In this document: positions 8,785-18,167 of the stretch, piece after piece
Layout of the letters: the number at the start of each line of letters is the position of its first letter
How positions within the stretch are numbered: position 1 is the stretch's first letter
From: an uncultured Acidobacteriota bacterium
GTDB taxonomy: Bacteria; Acidobacteriota; UBA6911
Reading direction: 5' to 3'
Assembly: GCA_963843575.1 (NCBI GenBank)
Contig: CAWJKZ010000017.1
Span: 192,001-256,000 of the forward strand
DNA: 64,000 nt
Notes under the pieces: model-generated
Seen by the model: the letters and a program-made list of their open reading frames with translations, nothing else
What the model was told of the DNA's origin: nothing
Database searches by the model: none
Translations under genes and position numbers: made by a program

Positions 8785-9858
8785 CTAGACCCCCGGATGA
8801 TGTTCAATCTTCCCGGCATGTTGAAATGCCGCGTAGTTGAAAATCTCCAGAAATTCCACACACCGTTGCTGCACGGCAGTGAACCAGGCGTCTCGCCGTG
8901 TGGGATTCGTGACGGCGGCGAGTTTCGGGTTGATCGGGGGATTCGTGTCGCCATAATTCTCGGCAAGGACGGCTTCTCCGAGAACGTGCGACCGTATCAG
9001 GTTGCGCAATTGCGCTTCCGTGAAAATATTGCCCAGGTTCCTGAGCACCTTGTCGGCGACGGCTTGGCCCCCGGAGACAGTCAGGGTGGTATAGATATTG
9101 ATCTTGACGAAACCATCGCTCGGTAGCGCGGATAGCCTTTCAATAGGGATGGAGGACGTTCCATGCAGGCAGAGGATGTTGCCCACGGTGGCGCTGATCT
9201 TCCTGGCTTGCTCGGGCAGGTAACGGGCCTTTTTGCCGGTGGTGCGGTGCTCGGTGCCGACATTCGGGACGAGGATATCTACGCCCGTCTCATCGAGGAA
9301 TTGCCGTGCCTGCTCGACGCTGGTTGGCGTATTCTTGTCCCCGCCCCCGGCTTCGTAGATTTCGTCCACCGCTCCTTCGACAACCACCTTGCCCTGCACT
9401 TTCTCGACGTATTGAGCGGTCAGCCGGATATTCTCTTCAAAGGGTTTATCGCTGGCATCGCACATGACGGACGCGAAGCGGTCGGCAAAGCCTTCCAGGA
9501 TATCCCCATCCAGCCAGGGATAGGCATGGTCCAGATGCGGCAAGACGCGCAATTTGCGGTAGGGGCTATCATCGCCCATGAATGTCTCCAGATCGGAGAA
9601 CATCAACCGGGTTCCCAACACCGGGTTGCCGCATGCCGCGATCAAGCGCATTTGCCCGCGTGCTGGATAGCGGCAGGTCCACGCCGGAACAATCGGCAAG
9701 TCCGCCACGCCGAGCCGGCGGCTCATCGTCAATGCCGCGGCGAGAATGGCCTCCAGCGTTTCCCGATCCTCACAGCAAAAAGCCGGTAGCGCGACATTGC
9801 GCTCCACCGCGTCTCGGTAAATGTCTTTGACGGCCTGGTATTCGGTTACTAACGGCAT
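8785..9858 (-). CDS. Class II fructose/tagatose-bisphosphate aldolase family protein (divergent)
   Basis: HLDHA, SVMCDAS, VGTEH, LCLHGTS and KINIYT motifs. Confidence 0.8.
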   Translation of the reverse strand: MPLVTEYQAVKDIYRDAVERNVALPAFCCEDRETLEAILAAALTMSRRLGVADLPIVPAWTCRYPARGQMRLIAACGNPVLGTRLMFSDLETFMGDDSPYRKLRVLPHLDHAYPWLDGDILEGFADRFASVMCDASDKPFEENIRLTAQYVEKVQGKVVVEGAVDEIYEAGGGDKNTPTSVEQARQFLDETGVDILVPNVGTEHRTTGKKARYLPEQARKISATVGNILCLHGTSSIPIERLSALPSDGFVKINIYTTLTVSGGQAVADKVLRNLGNIFTEAQLRNLIRSHVLGEAVLAENYGDTNPPINPKLAAVTNPTRRDAWFTAVQQRCVEFLEIFNYAAFQHAGKIEHHPGV

Positions 9859-9882
9859 GGATGTATCTCCGTCCCGGGCAGT

Positions 9883-10650
9883 TCAGGACATCAGCGCGCC
9901 GCCGTTGACATTGAGTGCCTGACCGGTCAGATAGCTGCCGTCCGCGCTTGCCAGGAATACGGCGACTCCGGCCACATCTTCCGGCGTACACAATCGGTGC
10001 AGCGGGATGCGGCTGACCAGGTACTCTTCCACCTGCTCGGGAGCCATATGCCGCTTTTCAGCATAGGCCGGCAACATAGCATTCCACAAAGGGGTGAAGA
10101 CGATGCCCGGGCAGATGGCGTTGACGGTAATACCGTGCGGTGCGAATTCCATCGCCAGGCTTTGCGTGAGGCCGATCAGCCCAAATTTCGACGCGCAGTA
10201 CGCCTGGTATTGGCTATTCCCCTGCTTGCCGGATTGCGAGCTGATGTTGATGATCCGCCCGCGACGGCGCGGAACCATCGATTTCAAAACCGCCTGGGAG
10301 CAGAGGAATGCTCCTGTCAGATTGATATCGAAATGCCGCTGCCAAACCGCTTCCTTCAGTTCGAGAAAAGGCACGACCTCGGACACGCCGGCGTTATTTA
10401 CCAGGATGGTGACAGGCCCGAGACGCCGCTCAACAGCCTCGACCATTTCCTCGACGGACGTTCCCGAGGAAACATCCGCAGCCACGGCGATGGCCGCCGT
10501 ACCGAGCGCTGCAGAGGTCTGCCATGCCCGCTCCTCGTCGATATCCACCACCGCAACGCGGGCGCCCTCGTGACAGAAGCGCCCGGCAATGCCCTTTCCG
10601 ATTCCTGAAGCGGCGCCGGTGATAATCGCTACCTCTGCATCCAAAACCAT
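9883..10650 (-). CDS. SDR oxidoreductase (sorbitol-6-phosphate/polyol dehydrogenase-like)
   Basis: TGAASGIG, NNAG and YCASK motifs. Confidence 0.88.
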   Translation of the reverse strand: MVLDAEVAIITGAASGIGKGIAGRFCHEGARVAVVDIDEERAWQTSAALGTAAIAVAADVSSGTSVEEMVEAVERRLGPVTILVNNAGVSEVVPFLELKEAVWQRHFDINLTGAFLCSQAVLKSMVPRRRGRIINISSQSGKQGNSQYQAYCASKFGLIGLTQSLAMEFAPHGITVNAICPGIVFTPLWNAMLPAYAEKRHMAPEQVEEYLVSRIPLHRLCTPEDVAGVAVFLASADGSYLTGQALNVNGGALMS

Positions 10651-10655
10651 GCCTG

Positions 10656-11690
10656 TTACTCCGGTTTCAGTACGATCTTAAGCCCGCGGGACTCGCGCAT
10701 TAGAGACAGGCCCTCCGCAAAGCGCTCCAATGGAAGGCGGTGGGTGATGCTGGCGTCCGAAATCCACCCGGCCGTCAACATGCGCACCGCCAGTTCCACG
10801 TGATGGGGCGTGCTGTCCGATCCGCCGCTGACGGACAACTCACGGTAATGAACCAGCCGTGTATCCAGTGGAATGGTCGATTCCCCACCGGGAAGACCGG
10901 CGAAGAGATTGATCATCCCGCCTTTCCTCACCATGGCGAACGCCTGCTGCTGGACCTGAGGATTGGGCGCGCAGGCAATCGCCACATCGGCCCCCATCCC
11001 GCCGGTGAGCCGCAACACTTCGGCAACCGGATCCATCTCTAGCGGATTGATCACGGCATCGACGGGGAATCCGCGCGCCCGCGCCCGGCGTTCGGCTGAG
11101 CGCTGGACAACCAAGATGCGCGTCGCGCCTCGCGCCCGCGCCGCCTGCACGTGCAGCGCTCCCAGGGGTCCAAAACCGATGACGACCACCGTGTCCCCAA
11201 GCTGTATGCCGGCCAGCGATTGGGCGTTGATCACGCAGCTCAACGGTTCCGCAAGCGCGGCCAGGTCGCCGATTTCGTTGGGGACGCAGATCACGTTGCC
11301 TCCGTCTACCGCGCGCCGTGGGATGGCGATGTAGTTGGCAAAGGCTCCAGGATACGTCCTGCTGATGGGGGTCAGTGCGTCACAGCGATTGGTAAAGCCC
11401 CGCCGGCAATAGGGGCAGTGGCCGCAGGAGATGCTGGTGGCCATGGTCAGGCGCTGCCCGGTGTGAAAGGCGGCGACCCCCTCCCCAAGTTGGACGATGG
11501 CGCCGACGAATTCATGCCCGATGGTCTGGCCTACCGGCACGCGGGGATCCCCCTTCAGAAACATCTTCAGGTCGGTTCCGCAGATGGCGCAGGCCTCTAC
11601 CTTAACCAGCAGCCCGCCGGGCTCCGGGACTGGCATTGGGATCTCTTCGCAACGGATATCATTCTGTCCATAATAGCGGATGGCTTCCAT
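10656..11690 (-). CDS. Zinc-dependent alcohol dehydrogenase (L-iditol 2-dehydrogenase-like)
   Basis: CGTD, GHE, CGHCPYC..C and GFGPLG motifs. Confidence 0.9.
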   Translation of the reverse strand: MEAIRYYGQNDIRCEEIPMPVPEPGGLLVKVEACAICGTDLKMFLKGDPRVPVGQTIGHEFVGAIVQLGEGVAAFHTGQRLTMATSISCGHCPYCRRGFTNRCDALTPISRTYPGAFANYIAIPRRAVDGGNVICVPNEIGDLAALAEPLSCVINAQSLAGIQLGDTVVVIGFGPLGALHVQAARARGATRILVVQRSAERRARARGFPVDAVINPLEMDPVAEVLRLTGGMGADVAIACAPNPQVQQQAFAMVRKGGMINLFAGLPGGESTIPLDTRLVHYRELSVSGGSDSTPHHVELAVRMLTAGWISDASITHRLPLERFAEGLSLMRESRGLKIVLKPE

Positions 11691-11694
11691 GGCA

Positions 11695-12510
11695 TCATTC
11701 CGGTTCCACGCTGGGGTCTTCAGCGACTGATTCCGTCACCACGAGTGTGACATCCGGGTGTTCGCGGAGGAAGCTGGCGGGAAACATGGGGGTGATGGGG
11801 CCGAAAAGGACGTTCCGCAGCACCTGCCTTTGCCAGAACCAGTCCAGGTAACAAATGATCCTCCGGCTGGCGAGAATATCCCTCATGCCGACGGTGACGG
11901 CAAAATTCGGTACCGCCTGGAGGTTGCCACCTGTGCCGAACACGGCATTGATAACCTTGGTGGTCGTCGCAATCCTAATGACCCGGGCCGGGAGCTGTTT
12001 GAATGCCTCATTACTCATCAACTCCCAGTAATCCAGCGCTTCATTGAAGGCCACGTGCCCATTGATACCGATACCGCCAAAACAGATATCGATCCCACCA
12101 GCATCCTCGATAGCGCCTGAATAGCGGGAGGTGTCCCGGGCGTTGGGAATATGCATCTGCTGAGGATTCAACCGGCACTCGGGGGAAATTTGCGAGTAGA
12201 AGTGTTGCCGCAAAAAGCGGAGGAAACTCAGCGGATGGCTCTCCGGAAGATTGCATCCGTCATCACCGACATACTCGTCCATGTTGAACACGTGCAGGTG
12301 GGACAAGTCGAGCTGCAATTCGTTACATGTCTCCGCGAATAAGCGATATTGGCCGGTAGGACCGACCGGCATCATCAGCCGCGTCGGCATGTTTAACCGA
12401 TTGTTCTCCTGGACCGCGCGCACCATCGTGCGGGCGAAATGGTCGGCCGCCGCCGCCTTGTCTTTCACGATACACAACTGAATGTTGCCATATTGCGTTT
12501 GGGATAGCAT
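11695..12510 (-). CDS. Glucosamine-6-phosphate deaminase/isomerase (NagB-like) family protein
   Basis: FNMDEY, HPLSF, GGIDICFGGIGINGHVAFNE and PASFL motifs; the N-terminal loop MMPVGPTGQY is non-canonical. Confidence 0.8.
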   Translation of the reverse strand: MLSQTQYGNIQLCIVKDKAAAADHFARTMVRAVQENNRLNMPTRLMMPVGPTGQYRLFAETCNELQLDLSHLHVFNMDEYVGDDGCNLPESHPLSFLRFLRQHFYSQISPECRLNPQQMHIPNARDTSRYSGAIEDAGGIDICFGGIGINGHVAFNEALDYWELMSNEAFKQLPARVIRIATTTKVINAVFGTGGNLQAVPNFAVTVGMRDILASRRIICYLDWFWQRQVLRNVLFGPITPMFPASFLREHPDVTLVVTESVAEDPSVEPE

Positions 12511-12776
12511 ACGCACTGCCCTCGGGATCGGGTGCCATTTTATCGTGTATGCGCTCGTTCTCGTTTGAAATAACCAACGCGATCCTCCGGCCTGGGGGGG
12601 ACGATGAGGATGCCACCATCTGGGAATTGGCTGCGCCAGTCTTCTATTGGGCGGACAAATCACTCATCAACTTCCGCGGGCGGCCTGCTGGCCTTCCATG
12701 AAGTAGATTCGTCTGAGATTTCTTCGAGCCTTTGAGTCGTGGCGTCCATCGACCCCGTCAAGACTTTCCCCAGGAT

Positions 12777-13946
12777 CTAGCGGTTGCGTGCTCCCTCGTC
12801 GAACAGGAACTTCATCGCCTCCTGATGGCAGAGCAATTGCGCGTCCAGAAGCAGGTCCGGGGTGAAGATGAAGGGCTTCCCATTGCGCTTGGCCGTGGAG
12901 GCCGCGTGGGACGGTGACTCGATCACCACACTCAGCGCGCCGCAGTGCAGGTTCAAAGCGGTGTCGAGGTTGTAGGGCGACGGCTTTGCGACGCGGGCAG
13001 GGTCGGATTCTATCGTCGGATCGTCCGTCGCCTGGAGCCCTTCCCGGGTGAGACGGGTATGGACACGGCGGAAGAGCAGGTCGAAGGCCGGCGTCAGGGC
13101 AGGTTCGGCAAAGGGACGGTGCATCAACGGAAAAACGGCGCCCGTATGCATGTTGAGGACGAGGTCCGGCCGTTCCAGTGCGACCAGATTGAAAAGCGCA
13201 TTGGTCTCCGGCTGGCGTCGGCCGAAGAAGTCGTCGTGCTGGATGTTTACGCCGCGGTCGTTCGGATACCCGCCGGGAAACTGCGTGCGGGAGAAATCGA
13301 GGGGGATAAACTGCTTGACGTCCGGCCAGCCGATGATTTGGCCGTTCGGCCAACCCCCGGTATTGAAATATTCCGGGATGGTCTCGTCGCCTCCCCGGTG
13401 CACGCCCATGCGGAGCGGGACCCGGGCCCGGCCGTCGACATTCAGAATGGGAATGATGATGATGCGGTCGAGGGACTTGGCCGCGCCAGCGATTTCCGGC
13501 CAGGGCTTGCCGCGGAGGTCGCTGCCTGTCTCCAAAACGGAGAGCAGGTTGACCATCCCGACAATCCCCTCGAATTCGCCGCCGTGCACGCCAGCGATTC
13601 CCAGGTAGACTCGTTTGGCGAAGTCCGGCCCGATGTAGGCCCGTGTTTTGCCGAGCCCGAGCGAGCCCGAATAGGTCGTTGTCCCCTTCGCCTGACGGCC
13701 CTTCCCATAGACCACGGCGCGAATCGCGCGCCCGCCGGCCGTGGTTCCGATGGTGGCGCACTCGCCGACCCTGACATGCGAACGCAGGTAACTATTCACT
13801 TCTTCCGGAGTGCTCACCCAGAATGAGGGGATATGCTCGGCTTCGCGCAGGTAGTCGGCAGGGATGTTCGGGAATTTGCCGGACGAACCCATGGCCATCA
13901 GGCATGAGCTGATGACGATGATCCCAAACGATGGAGCGCATCTCAT
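12777..13946 (-). CDS. M14 family zinc carboxypeptidase
   Basis: HGGE (HxxE), NVDGR, NMH and IESP motifs; signal peptide; GGAGG upstream of ATG 13946. Confidence 0.8.
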   Translation of the reverse strand: MRCAPSFGIIVISSCLMAMGSSGKFPNIPADYLREAEHIPSFWVSTPEEVNSYLRSHVRVGECATIGTTAGGRAIRAVVYGKGRQAKGTTTYSGSLGLGKTRAYIGPDFAKRVYLGIAGVHGGEFEGIVGMVNLLSVLETGSDLRGKPWPEIAGAAKSLDRIIIIPILNVDGRARVPLRMGVHRGGDETIPEYFNTGGWPNGQIIGWPDVKQFIPLDFSRTQFPGGYPNDRGVNIQHDDFFGRRQPETNALFNLVALERPDLVLNMHTGAVFPLMHRPFAEPALTPAFDLLFRRVHTRLTREGLQATDDPTIESDPARVAKPSPYNLDTALNLHCGALSVVIESPSHAASTAKRNGKPFIFTPDLLLDAQLLCHQEAMKFLFDEGARNR

Positions 13947-14349
13947 GGGGCAACCCTCCAGAATGGAGATAGGCCATTCGACTCCGAACCCCCCAAAAGG
14001 GGACCGGGAAGTGTCCAGGCGACGCTCCTCAATACCAGTTTCGCAATCGTACTTCCATCTCCTTCTCGCCGCCGGCCGCGCGCCCGGCGCCTGGTCAAGA
14101 TCCACGTGCATTCGAGCAGATCCACGTCCCGGAAACGAGTGCATATTTCCAGGCGAGAGTTCTTGACATCGGAATGCGCGGAGGAGGTCGTGTCCCCTGC
14201 CGGCTCGTCGCCGAGTGCCAGGAAGCTTGCGGGCCAATGATCGACGGGGCGGTCAGGGCAAGTTCCGGGCCACGATCCCGGTCAAACCCGACCGGACCCC
14301 ATTTTCCGGGGCCGCCGGCGCGAGCCCGGGAGCCCGTGTCCGGCCCTCC

Positions 14350-16812
14350 TCATTCCTGCCGCAACGCCGTCATCGGATCGACTCGCGTCGCGCGTTGGGC
14401 CGGGAGCAGGCACGCCGCGAGGGCCACCGCCGCGAGAACTCCCGCGACCGAGGCGATAACGGCCGGATCCAGGGGCCTGACACCGAAGAGAACGCTCTCG
14501 ACATACCGCGCAAGCCCCACGGTTCCGGCGAGCCCTATGGTCAACCCGAGCGCCAGCAGCAGCAGGCCCTCTCGCACGATCAACCGGAAAATCCCTTCTG
14601 TGCTGCTGCCGAGCGCCATGCGAATCCCGATCTCCCGTCGACGCTGCGCGACCATGTAAGCGAGAACGCCGTAAATGCCGATCCCGGCCAGAAAGAGCGC
14701 AACCAGCCCGAAGCCCAGCGCGACGAGCAAGGGCGATTTCCTCGAAATCAGGGATTCGGCGATAAGCTCTTCCATGGTGCGAACACCGAAGAGCGGTAGC
14801 TCGGCGTCTACCTCCAGCATGGCCTTGCGCAGGGCCGGAATCAGGGTAGACGGTTCTCCGGCCGTTCTTAAGGCAAAGGTCACATCATCACGCGGGCTCT
14901 GCTCCCACGGAAAGTAGTAGGCGCCGACGCGCTCGTCAGGATCCACCAGCGCACGCAGCTTAACGCTTCCCACAACCCCAATGACCGTGTACCAGCGGGC
15001 GGTTGCCGTCGGCTGGATGAGGTCTTGCGGGCTGTCCGGCCTCCACATGCGCTTGCCTACCGGGCTGCTGTTCGGCCAGAACTTCCGGGCCAGCCTCTGG
15101 TCAATGATGATCGTCTTTGGCGACGAAGGAGTGTCTGTGGAGTCGAACAAACGGCCCTCGATGAGGGGCACCCGCATGGCTTCGAAATAGCCGGGGCTGA
15201 CCACGCTCTGATTGGGGGAGATGAGGGACTCCCCCGGCTTCGCGACATAACCCTCGGCCAGGATCACGCTGTCGCTGTTGTTTTTCCCGAAAGGAATGCA
15301 GGTGGTCATGCCCGCGGACTCGACGGCCGGCAGCGCGCGGATCTTCTCCAGGGATCGCCTCGCGAACGAGAGGAGTTCAGTGTCGCTCCTGTACCTCACG
15401 GACGGAAGGGCAACCGAACCCGTCAGCACCCCGGCAGGTGTGAATCCCGGCTTGATGGCAAGTACATGGCGGAAGCTCATTAAAAGAAGGCCGGCCCCGA
15501 CGAGAAGGACCAGGGCAAAGGCAACCTGGGTGACGACCAGGGCATTGCGCAGCATCCTGGTACCGCGGCCGCTGGTGCCGGTGCGCCCTTCAGCCCGAAA
15601 CACGAGGGTCAGATCGACCCTCAGGGTATGCAGCACCGGGACAGCCGCGACGAGCATGCCAACCAACAACGCCAGCGCCAGGATGAAAACCACCACCGAC
15701 CCGTCCACCGCGATCTCGCTTCCGCGGGGAATCCGGTTGAGCCGCAGGGCGTCCACCACGCGCAATCCCCACCACCCGAGCAGCAGGCCTGCCAGCGAGC
15801 CGAATGTGGTCAGGAGGACGCTCTCCGTCAAGAGTTGACGCATCACGCGCCAACGGGCCGCTCCGAGCGCAAATCTCGTGGCCAACTCCCTGACCCGGAC
15901 GCTCGCGCGCGCCAGCGCAAGGTTCGCGATGTTCACTGCACCGATGAGAAGCACGAACAGCACCCCACCCCACAGAAGGTAGAGGGTGCCCTTGATGTCC
16001 TTCACGACCTCATCCTGAAGCCGGAAAACCTCGGTGTGAAACCCCGCGTTGATCAGTATGGGCTTGAACTGCGGAATAATATCGAGATTCGCCGTGTTGA
16101 GCGCATCGAGCTGCGCGTGGACCCGCTGTATGGTTTCGCCCGGCTTCAGGCGGCCGATCATTTCCCAGTTGTTGCTGTGGTATTCCTGCTTTTGTTCCGG
16201 CCGGAATGCCAGCGGTCGCCAGAGGCGCACCCCCGGGTCCAGGAAGAGGAAGTCTCTCGGCATGATGCCGACAATCGTGAAAGGGTTGCCATAGATGCGC
16301 AGATCCTTGCCAAGCACAAACCTGTCCCCGCCGAAAAGCTCCTGCCAGAGGGAATGGCTCAAGATGACTTTGCGCTCGTTCCCGAGTTCGCCTTCGTCTT
16401 CCGCGAAAATTCGTCCCAGCTCCGGCCTGGCGCGGAGCAGACGGAAGAATGAAGGCGTGACGTTCATTCCCTCGAGTTGTTGAACCGCACCCTTCTCGCC
16501 GACTGTCAGACCCTGATTGTTGTACAGCGCGACGTCCTCGAGCGCGGTGACGGCGCGCCGACGGTCGTAGAAGTCCGGAACCCCATTGGAGGCTCTTTTC
16601 ACTCCGACATTGGGATAGCTGTTGTAGAGGATCAGGACACGGTCGGGCTCCGCCAGCGGCAGGGGTTTCATGACAACGGCGTGGATGATGCTGAAAATGG
16701 CCGTGTTGGCCGCGATGCAGATCGCAAGGGTCGAGACGGCGGTAACCGCAAAACCACGGTCCTTCGATAGCAGCCGCATCCCGAACTTCACGTCCTGAAC
16801 AAAAGAATCCAT
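14350..16812 (-). CDS. ABC permease, ADOP (MacB/FtsX duplicated orphan permease) family
   Basis: MDSFVQDVKFGMR start, two MacB_PCD/FtsX repeats (RELATRFALGA, REIGIRMALG) and RATRVDPMTALRQE end. Confidence 0.92.
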   Translation of the reverse strand: MDSFVQDVKFGMRLLSKDRGFAVTAVSTLAICIAANTAIFSIIHAVVMKPLPLAEPDRVLILYNSYPNVGVKRASNGVPDFYDRRRAVTALEDVALYNNQGLTVGEKGAVQQLEGMNVTPSFFRLLRARPELGRIFAEDEGELGNERKVILSHSLWQELFGGDRFVLGKDLRIYGNPFTIVGIMPRDFLFLDPGVRLWRPLAFRPEQKQEYHSNNWEMIGRLKPGETIQRVHAQLDALNTANLDIIPQFKPILINAGFHTEVFRLQDEVVKDIKGTLYLLWGGVLFVLLIGAVNIANLALARASVRVRELATRFALGAARWRVMRQLLTESVLLTTFGSLAGLLLGWWGLRVVDALRLNRIPRGSEIAVDGSVVVFILALALLVGMLVAAVPVLHTLRVDLTLVFRAEGRTGTSGRGTRMLRNALVVTQVAFALVLLVGAGLLLMSFRHVLAIKPGFTPAGVLTGSVALPSVRYRSDTELLSFARRSLEKIRALPAVESAGMTTCIPFGKNNSDSVILAEGYVAKPGESLISPNQSVVSPGYFEAMRVPLIEGRLFDSTDTPSSPKTIIIDQRLARKFWPNSSPVGKRMWRPDSPQDLIQPTATARWYTVIGVVGSVKLRALVDPDERVGAYYFPWEQSPRDDVTFALRTAGEPSTLIPALRKAMLEVDAELPLFGVRTMEELIAESLISRKSPLLVALGFGLVALFLAGIGIYGVLAYMVAQRRREIGIRMALGSSTEGIFRLIVREGLLLLALGLTIGLAGTVGLARYVESVLFGVRPLDPAVIASVAGVLAAVALAACLLPAQRATRVDPMTALRQE

Positions 16813-17155
16813 CGGGACCTGCCCTCCCTGAGCACTTCCGTCCGCCGGGTGGGACGGTCCATCACTGGATGCAGATATCACCGGCACCTGCGCGAACCTC
16901 TAAGGCCACTCCTCCGCCCCTGCGGCATGCTCCGGCTTGGGCAGACCTTTACCGGCAGGGTAAACGAAATCTTTGTCCGGAAGGTTCCCGGGAAACCGGC
17001 CGGGGCTTCGCCCGCAATCGGCCGGCCTTGTGCGGCATTCACTAATCTTGGCCCACCCCCTGATGCTCCCTTCGGGTCGTCAAGGCGGGACGTGTCTGGC
17101 TCGTTTCCTGCGAATCCTGTTAATACGGCTTCCTGGGTCGCCCGCCTGGACGCCG

Positions 17156-18037
17156 CTATCTGCGGAGGTGGTTGAGCAGCGCCAGGGAAAGACGGGCCAG
17201 GGCCAGGGTGGCTTCGTTGTCCGCGGTCCATTTGCTGTCTGCGGACTCCTGGGCGAACAGGCTCAGGATGTAATCGCCTTCCGGGGCGAACACAATCGCA
17301 ACGTCGTTGCGCACGTGGTCGAGCGCCCCTGTCTTGTGGGCGACCTGGACCTTCTCCCACCGTGCCCCGACCAAGTAGCGCGGGATCTGGTCGTTGTCCG
17401 TCTGCTGCTTCAGCATGGCGATCATTTCATCGCACGCAGCCGGGGTTGCCGCCTCTTTCCGGTAGATCTTTTCCATGAGAAACAACATCTCGGCGGGTGT
17501 CGTCACCCCCAGGCCCCACTTCTTCTGCTCGTCCGGGAGTGGCTCGGTCGCGGGTTTGAAGACCTTCTTGTACAGGGTGGTTTCCTTCAGTCCGAGGACC
17601 CGCATCCGGTTGTTCACCGCGGCGATGCTCACCCGGTCGATGATCATGTTCGTAGCTGTGTTGTCGCTCAGGATGATCATCAGGACAGCGGCGTCCCGCA
17701 GGGTCAACTGCAGTCCGGCACCGAGGTTTTGCAGCACACCGGATCCTTCCACGCGGTTGGCCTCGGTGCACGCGACCACGTCTTCCAGGGCGAGATGCCG
17801 CTCCTGCGCTTGGACGAGCAATTCGACCAGAATGGGGATCTTGATGATGCTTGCGGTCTGCACCTTGCTGTCCGCCCGGTAGGCAACGGTTTCGCCGGTC
17901 TTGAGGTTTCGGGCCGCAAAATAGAGCTGGCCATTGAACTGATCGACGACCGATTGCACTTCGGGCGGGAGCGAAGCGGCCCGCGCCCACGAAGCTGAAA
18001 GAGCGGCACACGCAAGCAGGACGACGCATCCACGCAT
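17156..18037 (-). CDS. Class A beta-lactamase-like serine hydrolase
   Basis: SIIK (SxxK), SDN and KTG motifs; signal peptide. Confidence 0.88.
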   Translation of the reverse strand: MRGCVVLLACAALSASWARAASLPPEVQSVVDQFNGQLYFAARNLKTGETVAYRADSKVQTASIIKIPILVELLVQAQERHLALEDVVACTEANRVEGSGVLQNLGAGLQLTLRDAAVLMIILSDNTATNMIIDRVSIAAVNNRMRVLGLKETTLYKKVFKPATEPLPDEQKKWGLGVTTPAEMLFLMEKIYRKEAATPAACDEMIAMLKQQTDNDQIPRYLVGARWEKVQVAHKTGALDHVRNDVAIVFAPEGDYILSLFAQESADSKWTADNEATLALARLSLALLNHLRR

Positions 18038-18094
18038 AACGGCCTCCGTGGGGCGCGGCCGCGCCAGGCATGAAAGATAAAAAGCAAAACAGAA

Positions 18095-18154
18095 CGCAGA
18101 TTCCGCGGATCCAACGGATTCACGCGGATCGCCTGCGGGCGTCCGCATCCGCGT
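18095..18154. repeat. Degenerate 9-mer tandem repeat ending in a hairpin
   Basis: CGCAGATTC CGCGGATCC AACGGATTC ACGCGGATC; ACGCGGAT at 18122-18129 pairs with ATCCGCGT at 18147-18154. Confidence 0.5.
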
Positions 18155-18167
18155 CCTGAAAAATATG

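Noticed and set aside
17156-18037. Bona fide antibiotic-resistance beta-lactamase
   Set aside because: SxxK, SDN and KTG are present, but there is no clear ExxLN omega-loop motif, so only a family-level call is supported.
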